This document shows positions 1-10,867 of a stretch of DNA of 64,000 nucleotides, piece by piece. The DNA is from Candidatus Poribacteria bacterium (GTDB taxonomy: Bacteria; Poribacteria; WGA-4E; WGA-3G), in contig OZ219750.1 in assembly GCA_964291315.2 (NCBI GenBank), positions 320,001-384,000 on the forward strand, in the 5' to 3' direction. A program made the translations under genes and the position numbers. Position 1 is the first letter of the stretch, and each line of letters begins with the position of its first letter. The notes beneath the pieces are model-generated. The model was not told where the DNA came from and ran no database searches. It worked only from the letters and a program-made list of their open reading frames with translations.

Positions 1-1996
1 TTCGACCAAAAACTGATTAATCTTCTCGAAACCAACCCTAACTTTGTTGATGATAGCGGAGCACTCCATCGCCCGAGCGTCAGGCAACGGGCTTGGAAAC
101 TCGACCCCGAGCTCATTCGGACCCTGTGTACCGACGAAGAAATCGCGGCGAAGTTCTTCAAAGAGATAGCAGGACGCTGGATCTTCGATAACAACGCCTT
201 CGTTGATTATATCACGGATAAGAACTTCTTCGCCGACTCCTACACCCAGTTCCGCAATAGAATCGGCTTGAACATTGATGGCAAGTATCTGCGCGAGCGC
301 GGGGAAGTCGCACTCGTCTGGCCCTATAAGGATTGTGTATTAGAAGGCGGTCAGACGCGCGAAGAGGAGAGGCGTGAAGAGATATTTTTCAACGAGGTTC
401 TGGCGCCGGATGAGATAGATCGTATGTTTGATGCGAAGGTTCTGACGTGTTGGGAGCGTCATGCTATTAGGGCGATGGGAGGAGAGGTTGATAAGAGCGG
501 GGGGGGTAATCTGTGATAAGCACATAGAAAGTGGAACCCTCGAACTGAAGCGAGATGACGCTGGCGTTATTCGTGAGAACCTTGTCATCAAAGGCAACAA
601 CCTGATTGTCCTGCACACCCTTAAAGAGCAATTTCGCGGGCAGGTCAAGCTCATTTGCATCGACCCGCCGTATAATACAGGTGGAGAAGCAAATATTTTC
701 ACTTATAACAACACTTTCAACCATTCCAGTTGGCTGACCTTTATGAAAAATAGGTTGGATATAGCAAAACAATTGTTGAGAGATGATGGGTTTATCGCAA
801 TTTCCATAGATCAATATGAGCTTTTATACTTAGGAACGTTAGCTGACGAAATTTTTGGGAGGGATAACCGTATTTCGGTGCTAACCATCGTTCATCATCC
901 GGCGGGTAAGACCAACAACAATTTTTTCGCAACAACAAACGAATTTATGATAGTGTATGCTAAGAATAGGGAGCTTGCAAAGCTAAGCTTTTTCGAGATG
1001 TCTGAAAAGACTGAGAGGAGCTACCAGCACGTAGATGAGGTTTCACGATACAAACTAGAAAATCTGATGCGAAAGGGGGAAACAAGGAACGCTCGCCGAG
1101 AAGATAGACCGAAACAATTTTATCCCATTTATATCTCTAAGGACCTAAAACAGATTTCTTTGACAAAAGAGGACAACTATTATGAAGTTCTCCCAACAGA
1201 AAATGGGAGAGAATGGGTATGGTCAAATTCACCTTCAACTTTGCAGAAAAAAATAGATAATAACGAAATAGCTGTCAAAAAGCATAAAGATGGATACATT
1301 CAGGTCTTTTTTAAACGAAGAATCACGGATTATCCGGGAGAGCGTCCGAAGAGCACTTGGATTGGTAAAAAGTATAATGCTACGGAACATGGCACCAAAC
1401 TGTTGGAGCGTATATTGGGGAAAAAATCTTTTTCATATCCAAAGTCGTTATACACGATCGTAGACATCATAAAAATTACGACAGAGCCTGGCGATATTGT
1501 GCTGGATTTCTTTGCGGGCTCAGGCACTACAGGACATGCGGTGTTAGAGCTGAATAAAGAGGACGGTGGCAATCGGCAGTTTATCCTTGTAGAACAGTTG
1601 GACAAGCACATAGCCGTTTGTAAAGAACGGCTTCGGAAAGTTATGGAAAAAGAGGGGCTTCTCGGAGCACATTTCGTCTCGTGTGAGCTGATGCCTTACA
1701 ACGAAGTCTTCATGGAACGGATCCACTCGGCGAACACCTCTGCCGAGCTACTGGACATCTGGCACGATATGTCAGAAGATTCCGCACTCAATTGGTACGT
1801 CACCCCGGAGCGTCCAGAGGCGGCAGAGGCACACTTTATCGCTATCAACGACGTTGTGGGACAGAAGCGGCTATTAGCCGAGTTATTGGATAAGAACCAG
1901 CTGTATGTGCATCTCTCTGAAATAGAGGACGAAACATTTCAGGTCAGCGCGGCAGATAAGACGTTGAATAAGGCATTTTATGGTAATCTTATATGA
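1..1996 (+). CDS. mod: Type III RM methyltransferase (Mod) allele A; 5' end lies before the window; frameshifted at a G8 tract (499-506)
   Basis: The N-terminal frame ends at 516 (KSGGGNL*). Frame 461-1996 carries IDPPY (motif IV) and DFFAGSGTTG (motif I). G7 or G10 would fuse the two frames. Nt 1-~680 match 4055-~4735 closely. Confidence 0.9.
499..506 (+). repeat. Poly-G (G8) simple sequence repeat, putative phase-variation switch in mod A
   Basis: AGC GGGGGGGG TAATC lies exactly at the junction of the two overlapping mod frames. Confidence 0.85.
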
Positions 1997-2025
1997 ACTA
2001 CCTGAAGCTATCAGTATATGGATAG

Positions 2026-3486
2026 TTAAACACCAAAAAATTCCGAAATACCCTTAATAAGCTTTGAGTAAATACTCAAAGCTCCAGATGTTGTGGACAT
2101 AAGATCAACTGGGGTTTTTCGTGAATTTGAAACATGAAATATGGCATTTCGGTGCATTTTGAGTTTTCGCATTTCTTTAGAAGACGTGAATGTATCCAAT
2201 TTTCTATTGGCTAGTGAAGGATCCTCTTTTGATACAGCATAGTAGATTCTCAGAAGCTCATAAAAAAGAGCTATGTTAACCCTATATGGGGCAATCCACT
2301 CGTCACAATCTTGAAGGCTAAAACTGTTAGGGATGTCTTTACAGATGCAAGATAATTCTTCCTTACTGATTAAAGGATACTGTTTATTTTTTTCCAAAAG
2401 ACTCATATTAACTGAATTTCTTTCGTAAAGAAATTCATTCCACAGTACAACACTAGTCATTAGAATGCGCATGTAGCCTCCTATATTCTCCTTTAGATGG
2501 GTTGCATGCTCCCGGCTACCAAGAAAATTTGATATTTGCCTTCCAGATATCAACATAGCAATTATATGATGTCGCATTGCCGTTTGTTTCTCTACTAGCT
2601 CAGTAGATTGTCCATCAATAATAATAGAGGTTTCTCCTGTTAAGTATTGTGGAATGAAGTGCACTTTAGGCAAAGCCTGATCCAACTCGTTCATGCATTC
2701 TGCAATACAATAGGCTATCTTTATTTGTGTTTGGTTCGGTAACCAGGATTGAATGTTCTCTGGCAATATTTTTATTTTTCGCTTTAGTTCTGGTAACTGA
2801 TCCACACACCACTTCATGCCTGATAGGTTGTGATCAAGTTTCATTTGCTCCATCTTGACTGTTAGAAAGCTATATAGGCAATACAATTTCTGGATTTCCG
2901 GTAGGCAATTAAGAGTGTTTGACAGATAATTGGATAATTTGTCCTGCAGCCTTTGTAGGTATCCATCGAATTTGCATTGCAGGATTGGAGCTAGGTTATG
3001 AGAAGGCTTAACTTGTAAAAATTGACGTTCAGCAGAGAGACTGTCTTTATTCGGATGCAGGAAAGAATCTCGGAATTTCTTTAACCTATCAACCCACTGT
3101 TTGTTGGTTTTCAAATAAGAATCCAGTTCATCATCCCGGTAGATGTTGTGGGTTTTCTTTAATTTTTCGAAAGATTCAATTTCAGCGTAGAACAAAGCAA
3201 GGTACAGTTGAAGCGGATAAACCGTTGCATATTCGATACCAGTTCGATTAGTCTCATTATTTTCTAATCCTTGATCGTTCAGCATCTTCGATTGAATGTC
3301 TTCTATTGTTACCTCGCCTTCGTTTCTATTTTGGCAATACTCAGATGCTTCTGTAAAGTGGATCATATTACGAAATGCTATTTTACGTATGCGCTCAAGA
3401 ATGACTGTCCTATGGTAAAGTAAATTCTTATAAGGGTTAACTATGGATTGTATATTGACAATATCTAGTTTTTCAAGATCTGTCAC
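2026..3486 (-). CDS. AT-rich 486-aa protein with two repeated HEPN-like (RxxxxH) units; putative defence RNase
   Basis: Long ORF with GTG start and GGAGG RBS (~3495-3499). RDSFLH (aa139-144) and RNAIFH (aa446-451) both follow an ALFY...LD...LK pattern. Confidence 0.7.
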   Translation of the reverse strand: MTDLEKLDIVNIQSIVNPYKNLLYHRTVILERIRKIAFRNMIHFTEASEYCQNRNEGEVTIEDIQSKMLNDQGLENNETNRTGIEYATVYPLQLYLALFYAEIESFEKLKKTHNIYRDDELDSYLKTNKQWVDRLKKFRDSFLHPNKDSLSAERQFLQVKPSHNLAPILQCKFDGYLQRLQDKLSNYLSNTLNCLPEIQKLYCLYSFLTVKMEQMKLDHNLSGMKWCVDQLPELKRKIKILPENIQSWLPNQTQIKIAYCIAECMNELDQALPKVHFIPQYLTGETSIIIDGQSTELVEKQTAMRHHIIAMLISGRQISNFLGSREHATHLKENIGGYMRILMTSVVLWNEFLYERNSVNMSLLEKNKQYPLISKEELSCICKDIPNSFSLQDCDEWIAPYRVNIALFYELLRIYYAVSKEDPSLANRKLDTFTSSKEMRKLKMHRNAIFHVSNSRKTPVDLMSTTSGALSIYSKLIKGISEFFGV

Positions 3487-3586
3487 TTCAATTTCCTCCG
3501 TATTTGCCAGTTGATGTTTTATCCACTACAAATTGCAAATAACATAAGGTGGACTATATAGTTATCGATAATCTTATTTTGGGTAT

Positions 3587-3615
3587 AGTATAGCACAATT
3601 AAATAGGGAAATCAA
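3587..3615 (-). promoter_or_regulatory. Sigma70-type promoter for the dual-HEPN gene
   Basis: TTGATT-17 nt-TATACT on the minus strand with extended -10 TG. Confidence 0.55.
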
Positions 3616-4039
3616 ATTTCGACCGGGGGTATTTAGTTTTAAAATTTCTCACTGACTGTATGATTTTAACATTAGGTGATTGTTAAACAAAAAAAAGATC
3701 CTTCGTGGTCTTGACCATTGTAACAGTTTATACAGTTTAGGGGCAATCTGAGTTATGTCTAGAAAAATGTCCGATAAATCGGCACGTGAAAAAGCAAGCT
3801 GGCTCTGCTTAGGTCAAAAATAATAAATGTAAAAAAAATAGGCGAAGAAATACAGATACCTGCTCATAAGAGAAAAAAGTCGTTTATTTCGCAGAAAAGT
3901 GTTATAATCTATTATGAGGATTTCTTTTGGAACAACATTTGATGGCTTTATTTTACCACAAAGTTCTCTTTGGACAACATTGTTAATTCTCTATCAATTC
4001 ACATTACCTCACACATGAAGACAAAAAGGACACACCTGT

Positions 4040-6053
4040 ATGTCAAAGAAAAGTTTCGACCAAAAACTGATTAATCTTCTCGAAACCAACCCTAACTTTG
4101 TTGATGATAGCGGAGCACTCCATCGCCCGAGCGTCAGGCAACGGGCTTGGAAACTCGACCCCGAGCTCATTCGGACCCTGTGTACCGACGAAGAAATCGC
4201 GGCGAAGTTCTTCAAAGAGATAGCGGGGCGTTGGATCTTCGATAACAACACCTTCGTTGATTATATCACGGATAAGAACTTCTTCGCCGACTCCTACACC
4301 CAGTTCCGCAATAGAATCGGCTTGAACATTGATGGCAAGTATCTGCGCGAGCGCGGGGAAGTCGCCCTGGTCTGGCCGTATAAGGATTGCGTATTAGAAG
4401 GCGGTCAGACGCGCGAAGAGGAGAGGCGTGAAGAGATATTTTTCAACGAGGTTCTGGCGCCGGATGAGATAGATCGTATGTTTGATGCGAAGGTTCTGAC
4501 GTGTTGGGAGCGTCATGCTGTTAGGAGTATGGGAGGAGAGGTTGATAAGAGCGGGGGGGGTAATCTGTGATAAGCATATAGAAAACGGAAGCCTCGAACT
4601 GAATAGAGATGATGCTGGCGTTATTCGTGAGAACCTTGTCATCAAAGGCAACAACCTGATTGTCCTGCACACCCTTAAAGAACAATTTCGCGGGCGGGTC
4701 AAACTTATTTACATCGATCCACCGTATAATACCAAAGGAGATGCTAACATTTTTGGATATAACAATTCTTTCAATCACTCAAGTTGGTTGACATTTATGA
4801 AAAACAGACTTGATATTGCTCAAGATATGTTATCAGAAAATGGAGTAATAGTTGTTACCATAGATGATTATGAATATGCTCACCTTAAATTGCTATGTGA
4901 TGAGGTTTTCGGCATAAACAATTATATTGGAACTATAGTAATCCAAAACAAGCCAGGTGGTAGGACAATAAACCCCCATTTTGCTACCTGTCACGAATAC
5001 GCTTTATTTTACGCGAAAGCTATTGATAATATAAAAACAAACCTTGTCAAACTCACTAAACAACAAGAGCTGAGCTTCAACTTTAAGGATCAGATTGGCA
5101 GATATCAACTTTCACCATTTAGGCGGGGTGGAGGCTATTCAACACCTGAAGAGAGACCTAATTCTTTCTATCCGATTTACTATAATCCACATGGAAATGA
5201 ATTTTCTCTTAAGAAAAAGGAAGGATTTTTTCAAATTCTCCCCAAAGATTCACACGGGAAAAACCGAGTTTGGCGGCAGACAAAACCCTCTTTTGAAAAA
5301 TTAGTGGAGAAAGGGGAAATCGTCTGTAAAAAGTCTAAAGGCAAATGGAGCTTGTACATAAAGGATCGGATGCCAGAAGGACGGAAAACTAAAACGATAT
5401 GGACTGATTCAAAATATGACGCGTCAGCACATGGAACAATACTTCTTAAAAAGATGTTTGATGGTGAGAAAGTCTTCAGTTATCCTAAATCGATTCATGC
5501 CGTAAAAGATACTATTAATCTTCTAACTCAGCCCAACGATAAAGATATTGTGCTGGATTTCTTTGCGGGTTCAGGCACTACAGGGCATGCGGTGTTAGAG
5601 CTGAATAAAGAGGACGGTGGCGCTCGGCAGTTTATACTTGTAGAACAATTGGACAAGCACATAGCTGTTTGTAAAGAACGACTTGAGAAAGTCATTGAAA
5701 AAGAGGGGCTCCTCGGAGCAAATTTTGTCTCGTGTGAGCTGATGCCTTACAACGAAGTCTTCATGGAACGGATCCAGTCGGCGAACACCTCTGCCGAGCT
5801 ATTGAACATCTGGCACGATATGTCAGAAGATTCCGCTCTCAATTGGTACGTCACCCCGGAGCATCCAGAGGCGGCAGAGGCACACTTTATCGCTATCAAC
5901 GACGTTGAGGGACAGAGGCGGCTATTAGCCGAGCTGTTGGATAAGAACCAGTTGTATGTGCATCTCTCTGAAATAGAGGACGAAACATTTCAGGTCAGTG
6001 AAGCAGACAAAACACTCAATAAGAATTTTTATGAAGGAGATCACGATGCCTAA
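4040..6053 (+). CDS. mod: Type III RM methyltransferase (Mod) allele B, frameshifted at a G8 tract (4553-4560)
   Basis: ORF 4040-4570 plus overlapping +1 ORF 4515-6053 with IDPPY and DFFAGSGTTG. Its stop overlaps the res start (ATGCCTAA). Confidence 0.92.
4553..4560 (+). repeat. Poly-G (G8) phase-variation tract in mod B
   Basis: AGC GGGGGGGG TAATC; G7 gives the in-frame S-G-G-V-I-C-D-K. Confidence 0.85.
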
Positions 6054-8649
6054 CCTATTTCTCCATGAAGAACTCGACATCGCATTTAGCTACGGGGTAC
6101 CTAAACCTGAAATACCTGATAGCATTCTTCAAAACCTGAATCCTGCGTTTGAGCTTCGACCTTATCAAGTAGAGGCGTTTGCGAGGTCTATTCACTGTTT
6201 GAACGGAGATCTTCAGGCTAAGCAAAATCCGTCACATCTGCTGTTTAATATGGCAACCGGCAGCGGTAAGACGCTTATTATGGCGGGGCTGATCCTCTAT
6301 CTCTATGAACAAGGCTACCGGAATTTTCTCTTTTTCGTCAATGCCGACAATATCATTGAAAAAACAAAGGATAATTTTCTCAATTCGGGGTCCTCAAAAT
6401 ACCTTTTCAATGCGGACATCTATATCAAAGGCGACAGAGTTAAGGTGACAGAAGTAGAGAATTTTGAAGGAGTCAACGCAAACGACATTAACATCCGATT
6501 TGCGACAATTCAGAAGTTACACAGCGATTTGATGACAGAAAAAGAGAACGCTTTAACCTTTGATAATTTTGAGAAAGAGAGAATCGTTCTTTTGGCTGAC
6601 GAAGCGCACCACCTGAACGTCGCTGCGAGGGCACAACAGATCCAATTGGCTCTCAGCACGAAGAATTCAAAATTGGCTGGGAAGCCGACATGGGAGAACA
6701 CTGTTGAAAAGATATTTAACGCGAACGCCGGCAACTTGTTGCTGGAATTCACAGCTACGTTTGATGACAAAACCCCTGCAATTGTAGAAAAGTATCGGGA
6801 TAAAATCATCTATCGCTATGATTTAGTTCAATTTCGGAACGACAAATATTCAAAGGACATAGAGATTGTGAGGTCTGATTTCAGTCTGGAGGACCGTATT
6901 TTGCAAGCTGTTATTCTTCATTATTACAAGCAGGCAGTTGCTGCAAAACACACGATCCAGCTGAAACCGGTCATTCTGTTTAAGGGAAAAACAATACCGG
7001 ATTCCAAAAAAAATAAAGCGGATTTCCATAAACTTATGGAAAGGCTCACAAAAAATGATATTGAAAGGATTCGGAGGTCTGAAGTTGAAATTATTAAACG
7101 GGCGTTTCGCTTTTTTGATAATCATAAGATCAGTTCCGAGCAGTTGACTCGATCGCTCAAAACGGTCTTCCAGGAAAAATATTGTCTCGCTGTTAACTCG
7201 AAGATAGAGAGAGAGAAGTATCAGGTACAGGTAAACAGACTTGAGGAAAGAGACAATCCCATCCGCGCTATTTTCGCAGTGCAAATGCTCAGCGAAGGAT
7301 GGGATGTGCTGAATCTGTTCGACATCGTCCGCTGTTATGATACCGGTAGCACAGGGCATAACAAAATTGGGAAAGCGACAATTGCGGAGGCACAGCTTAT
7401 TGGGCGTGGGGCGCGTTATTATCCGTTCGCTCTGTCAGGGTACGCGGATAAATACAGGCGCAAATTTGACGAAGACATTGAACATGAACTTCGTGTGCTT
7501 GAGGAACTACATTATCACAGCATTAATGACTCGCCTTACATCACTGAAATCCGAAAGGCCCTGGTCGAGCAAGGGTTGATAGACAAAGAGACTGTGACTC
7601 GAGAGCTTAAATTGAAGGAGAAATTTAAGAAAACGGACCTTTACAAGTACGGTGTTATCTATTTGAATAAACAGGTGTCCAGAGACTATCAATATGTCAA
7701 ATCTTTTGCGGATTTGGCATCCTTGAGTGTGAAAAAGAAATGGCATGAGCATACGATTCACGAAAGCACGGGAGGGATGACGAAGATGATAGGAAAAAAA
7801 CAGACTTATGCCGTGCGGAACACAACTAGCCAAGACATAGCGATGGTCCATATTGAGCGCAATATTGTCCAAACTGCCCTCGCGCGGAATCCATTTTTCC
7901 GGTTTGCATCACTTAAGCGATATTTTCCGCAGTTGAGATCCATGAATGAATTTAGGACATCACCTGACTTTTTGGGGGGCTTGTCAATCACTTTCAAAGG
8001 AGATTTTTCCCAATTGGAAGACAGAGCATCAGAAAAACTGAAGGCGTGTTGCGATCTTTTGAAAAGAATAGAAACCGAACTTCGCCAACAAATTACCGAA
8101 TCTGAAGGTACGAAGTCCTTTCATAAGGAGCAAATCCACGCTATTTTCAAGGACAAGGCCCTGAAGTTCGATGCTAAGAACCCTCGGGCCGATGAGGATC
8201 ACGATGCTGAGCGTCTCGCGAAAGCGGAGAAATGGTTTGCTTTTGATGGGCTATACGGCACCAGCGAAGAAAAAGCCTTCGTACAATTTCTACATACACA
8301 TCTTGAAACATTAGAGGAAACCTACAGCGATATTTATCTGATCCGTAACGAGAGACATTTTTCTATTTATAATTTCCGTGACGGTCGAGCGTTCCAACCC
8401 GATTTTGTCCTCTTCTTAGGAAAGGAAGGCGGAGAAACATTGAGCTATCAACTTTTTATTGAACCGAAAGGTGAACACATTGCAGATTTTGACAGATGGA
8501 AAGAGGGCTTTCTGAAAGAAATTGATAGTGAACATAAGACTGAACTCATAATAGAGGATAAGAAATACCGTATTATCGGTCTACCGTTTTATCAGGAGAG
8601 AAAACAGAATGAATTCCGCGTTGCCCTTGATAAAGCACTGCAATTATAA
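6046..8649 (+). CDS. res: Type III restriction endonuclease subunit (Res), SF2 helicase plus PD-(D/E)xK nuclease
   Basis: MATGSGKT Walker A, DEAH, LSEGWD, QLIGRGAR, and C-terminal PDF...IEPKG. ATG at 6046 follows a GAAGGAG RBS. Confidence 0.93.
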   Translation: MPNLFLHEELDIAFSYGVPKPEIPDSILQNLNPAFELRPYQVEAFARSIHCLNGDLQAKQNPSHLLFNMATGSGKTLIMAGLILYLYEQGYRNFLFFVNADNIIEKTKDNFLNSGSSKYLFNADIYIKGDRVKVTEVENFEGVNANDINIRFATIQKLHSDLMTEKENALTFDNFEKERIVLLADEAHHLNVAARAQQIQLALSTKNSKLAGKPTWENTVEKIFNANAGNLLLEFTATFDDKTPAIVEKYRDKIIYRYDLVQFRNDKYSKDIEIVRSDFSLEDRILQAVILHYYKQAVAAKHTIQLKPVILFKGKTIPDSKKNKADFHKLMERLTKNDIERIRRSEVEIIKRAFRFFDNHKISSEQLTRSLKTVFQEKYCLAVNSKIEREKYQVQVNRLEERDNPIRAIFAVQMLSEGWDVLNLFDIVRCYDTGSTGHNKIGKATIAEAQLIGRGARYYPFALSGYADKYRRKFDEDIEHELRVLEELHYHSINDSPYITEIRKALVEQGLIDKETVTRELKLKEKFKKTDLYKYGVIYLNKQVSRDYQYVKSFADLASLSVKKKWHEHTIHESTGGMTKMIGKKQTYAVRNTTSQDIAMVHIERNIVQTALARNPFFRFASLKRYFPQLRSMNEFRTSPDFLGGLSITFKGDFSQLEDRASEKLKACCDLLKRIETELRQQITESEGTKSFHKEQIHAIFKDKALKFDAKNPRADEDHDAERLAKAEKWFAFDGLYGTSEEKAFVQFLHTHLETLEETYSDIYLIRNERHFSIYNFRDGRAFQPDFVLFLGKEGGETLSYQLFIEPKGEHIADFDRWKEGFLKEIDSEHKTELIIEDKKYRIIGLPFYQERKQNEFRVALDKALQL

Positions 8650-8675
8650 ACATCAAATGTATCAGGAGGGGTACG

Positions 8676-9527
8676 ATGGTAACACGTGAGCAGACCGACT
8701 TTTTTCACGAAAACGGATATGTCAAGTTTGGCAGGGTTTTAGATAACGATGGCGTTGAAGCGATGCGGGCAGGATTGGATGCAGTCATTCAGCTGGAGCT
8801 TGCTGCAGGCGATGATTCGTCCCCGGAGTTCAAGTACGGGCATGATCGCGGCGGAGATAGACTTAATCGAGGGGGTGGGCACCCGCGGGCGATTCACCAA
8901 TACATTAATATGTGGAAGCGTGATCCGCGCTATGAGGCAGCTATTCACCATCCGCTCATTGCAGGTACAGCCCGCGCCTTGTTAGATACTCCGGAGGTCC
9001 GCCTTTGGCACGATCAGGTTATCTCCAAGCCGCCTCACGACAACGGGCACTTCGGATTCCATCACGATTTTTTCTTTTGGCCCCTCAGCCCACCGAACAT
9101 TGTCAGCTGCTGGCTAGCGCTTGATGACGCAACAGTTGATAGTGGTTGTATGCACGTTATGCCGGGGAGCCATAAAGACCAACGTTTCTCTGTCGCAGCA
9201 CGAGCGACAGCAGAAGCGGCAGCGGTGAAAGCGCGCGAAGAAGGACGTGAACTGCCGGTCGACCCGTGGGCGGAAAGACGAAATTTGGACATCAGCCACG
9301 GGATTCCCGTAGAATTGGAGGCAGGCGAATGCATGTTCCACCACTGTCTGAATTTCCACGGCACGCCGCCGAATGTCACAGCGCGTCAACGGCGCGCGTT
9401 CGTTATGATTTTCATGGCTCAGGATGTCTGCTTTAACAAGGTGCAGTCACCGAACCATGTGCTTGTTCCAACAATAACGGTTGCGGATGGAGAACCGCTT
9501 GTCGGAGACGGATTTCCGGTAGCCTAG
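8676..9527 (+). CDS. Phytanoyl-CoA dioxygenase (PhyH) family protein
   Basis: F.ENGY start, HHD (HxD), WLALDDA..DSGCM.V.PGSH, and distal H..P.N...R. Confidence 0.9.
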   Translation: MVTREQTDFFHENGYVKFGRVLDNDGVEAMRAGLDAVIQLELAAGDDSSPEFKYGHDRGGDRLNRGGGHPRAIHQYINMWKRDPRYEAAIHHPLIAGTARALLDTPEVRLWHDQVISKPPHDNGHFGFHHDFFFWPLSPPNIVSCWLALDDATVDSGCMHVMPGSHKDQRFSVAARATAEAAAVKAREEGRELPVDPWAERRNLDISHGIPVELEAGECMFHHCLNFHGTPPNVTARQRRAFVMIFMAQDVCFNKVQSPNHVLVPTITVADGEPLVGDGFPVA

Positions 9528-9561
9528 CTTTGTAACGGATTTCCGGTAGCCTAGCTTTGTA
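9508..9561 (+). repeat. Perfect 27-bp tandem duplication spanning the phyH stop codon
   Basis: ACGGATTTCCGGTAGCCTAGCTTTGTA at 9508-9534 and 9535-9561. Confidence 0.9.
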
Positions 9562-9619
9562 CAGGATCTGTGTTACAAACCGCATCTACAGCACAGGAAG
9601 CGAGGCGAGAGGTGATCAG

Positions 9620-10825
9620 ATGAAAGATTCAACGTTTATAACAAGGGTTCAACTGAAAAATTATAAGAGTATCGCGGCATGTGATGTGCAGATGCGGTCT
9701 TTGACGTTCCTTGTAGGGCGCAACGGTTCAGGGAAAAGTAATTTTCTTGATGCCCTACGTTTCGTTGCCGATGCGTTGAATCTATCACTGGACCACGCTG
9801 TACGCGACCGAGGTGGTATTAGCGATGTGCGCCGTCGCTCTCGTGGGCACCCAAATCATTTCAATATTCGTCTTGAATTTGCTCTGCCTGAAGGCTCTAC
9901 GGGCCACTACACTTTTCAAATCAGGACGCGTTCACCTGGCGGTTACAAGGTCCAAGCTGAAGAGTGTAAGATTCAGAACAAGCTGTCCCTTATGCCGGAG
10001 GAATACTTTTTTGTTGATGAGGGTACCGTGACGCGCAAAAGTGTTGATGTAGCCCCGGCGGCGGCTACTGATAGACTGTATTTGGTAAACGCTTCTGGTT
10101 TGCCCGAATTTCGCCCTGTCTATGAAGCGTTCTCTCAAATGGGATTTTATAGTCTCAACCCCGAGAAGATTCGTGATCTGCAGGCACCAGATTCCGGCGA
10201 TATGCTCCTTCGTGACGGGAGTAACTTAACAAGTGTGCTTACTCGGCTTTCGCCCACCGTAAAGAGGGACATTGAACGATATCTTGCACGAATTGTTCCT
10301 GGGGTTCATACGGTAGATGTCAAAAATTTTGGACCGAGGGAGACATTGGAGTTCAGACAAGTTGTCACGGGGGACAAACACCCCTGGAAATTTCTTGCGA
10401 ATAATATGTCTGCCGGTACACTCCGCGTATTCGGAATTCTGGTAGCACTATTTCAAGGGCGGTGTGATGTCCAAAAGCATGTACCCCTTGTCGGCATTGA
10501 GGAACCAGAGCTGGCCCTCCATCCGGCAGCTGCAGGGGTGCTGCTTGAGGTACTTCAGGATGCTGCTCGCAAGACGCAAGTTATCGTCACCAGTCACAGT
10601 CCGGATTTGCTCGATGATAAACACTTGGATCTGGAATCGATTCTTGCAGTCGAGGCGCATGAGGGAAATACGGCAATCGCTCCTATAGACGAAGTAGGGA
10701 GGTCTGTATTGCACGATCGACTCTATACAACAGGGGAACTCCTTCGGCTTGATGAGCTACGACCTGATCCAACTCGGGCATCTATAGGTGATAAGGCGGC
10801 CGGAAAGCAGCTTGATTTGTTCTAG
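9620..10825 (+). CDS. AAA_21/AbiEii-like ABC-type ATPase, putative defence component
   Basis: LKNYKSI, GRNGSGKSN Walker A, MSAGT signature, IEEPE..LHP Walker B, and TSHS H-loop. ATG at 9620 follows GAGGTG. Confidence 0.88.
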   Translation: MKDSTFITRVQLKNYKSIAACDVQMRSLTFLVGRNGSGKSNFLDALRFVADALNLSLDHAVRDRGGISDVRRRSRGHPNHFNIRLEFALPEGSTGHYTFQIRTRSPGGYKVQAEECKIQNKLSLMPEEYFFVDEGTVTRKSVDVAPAAATDRLYLVNASGLPEFRPVYEAFSQMGFYSLNPEKIRDLQAPDSGDMLLRDGSNLTSVLTRLSPTVKRDIERYLARIVPGVHTVDVKNFGPRETLEFRQVVTGDKHPWKFLANNMSAGTLRVFGILVALFQGRCDVQKHVPLVGIEEPELALHPAAAGVLLEVLQDAARKTQVIVTSHSPDLLDDKHLDLESILAVEAHEGNTAIAPIDEVGRSVLHDRLYTTGELLRLDELRPDPTRASIGDKAAGKQLDLF

Positions 10826-10867
10826 GCTGGTAAAGCGGAGTCAAATCGAGCGTAAAGGAAATATTGA

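Noticed and set aside
2026-3486. Cas13-like effector (two RxxxxH motifs)
   Set aside because: Too small at 486 aa, and no CRISPR repeats were found in the flanking intergenic DNA.
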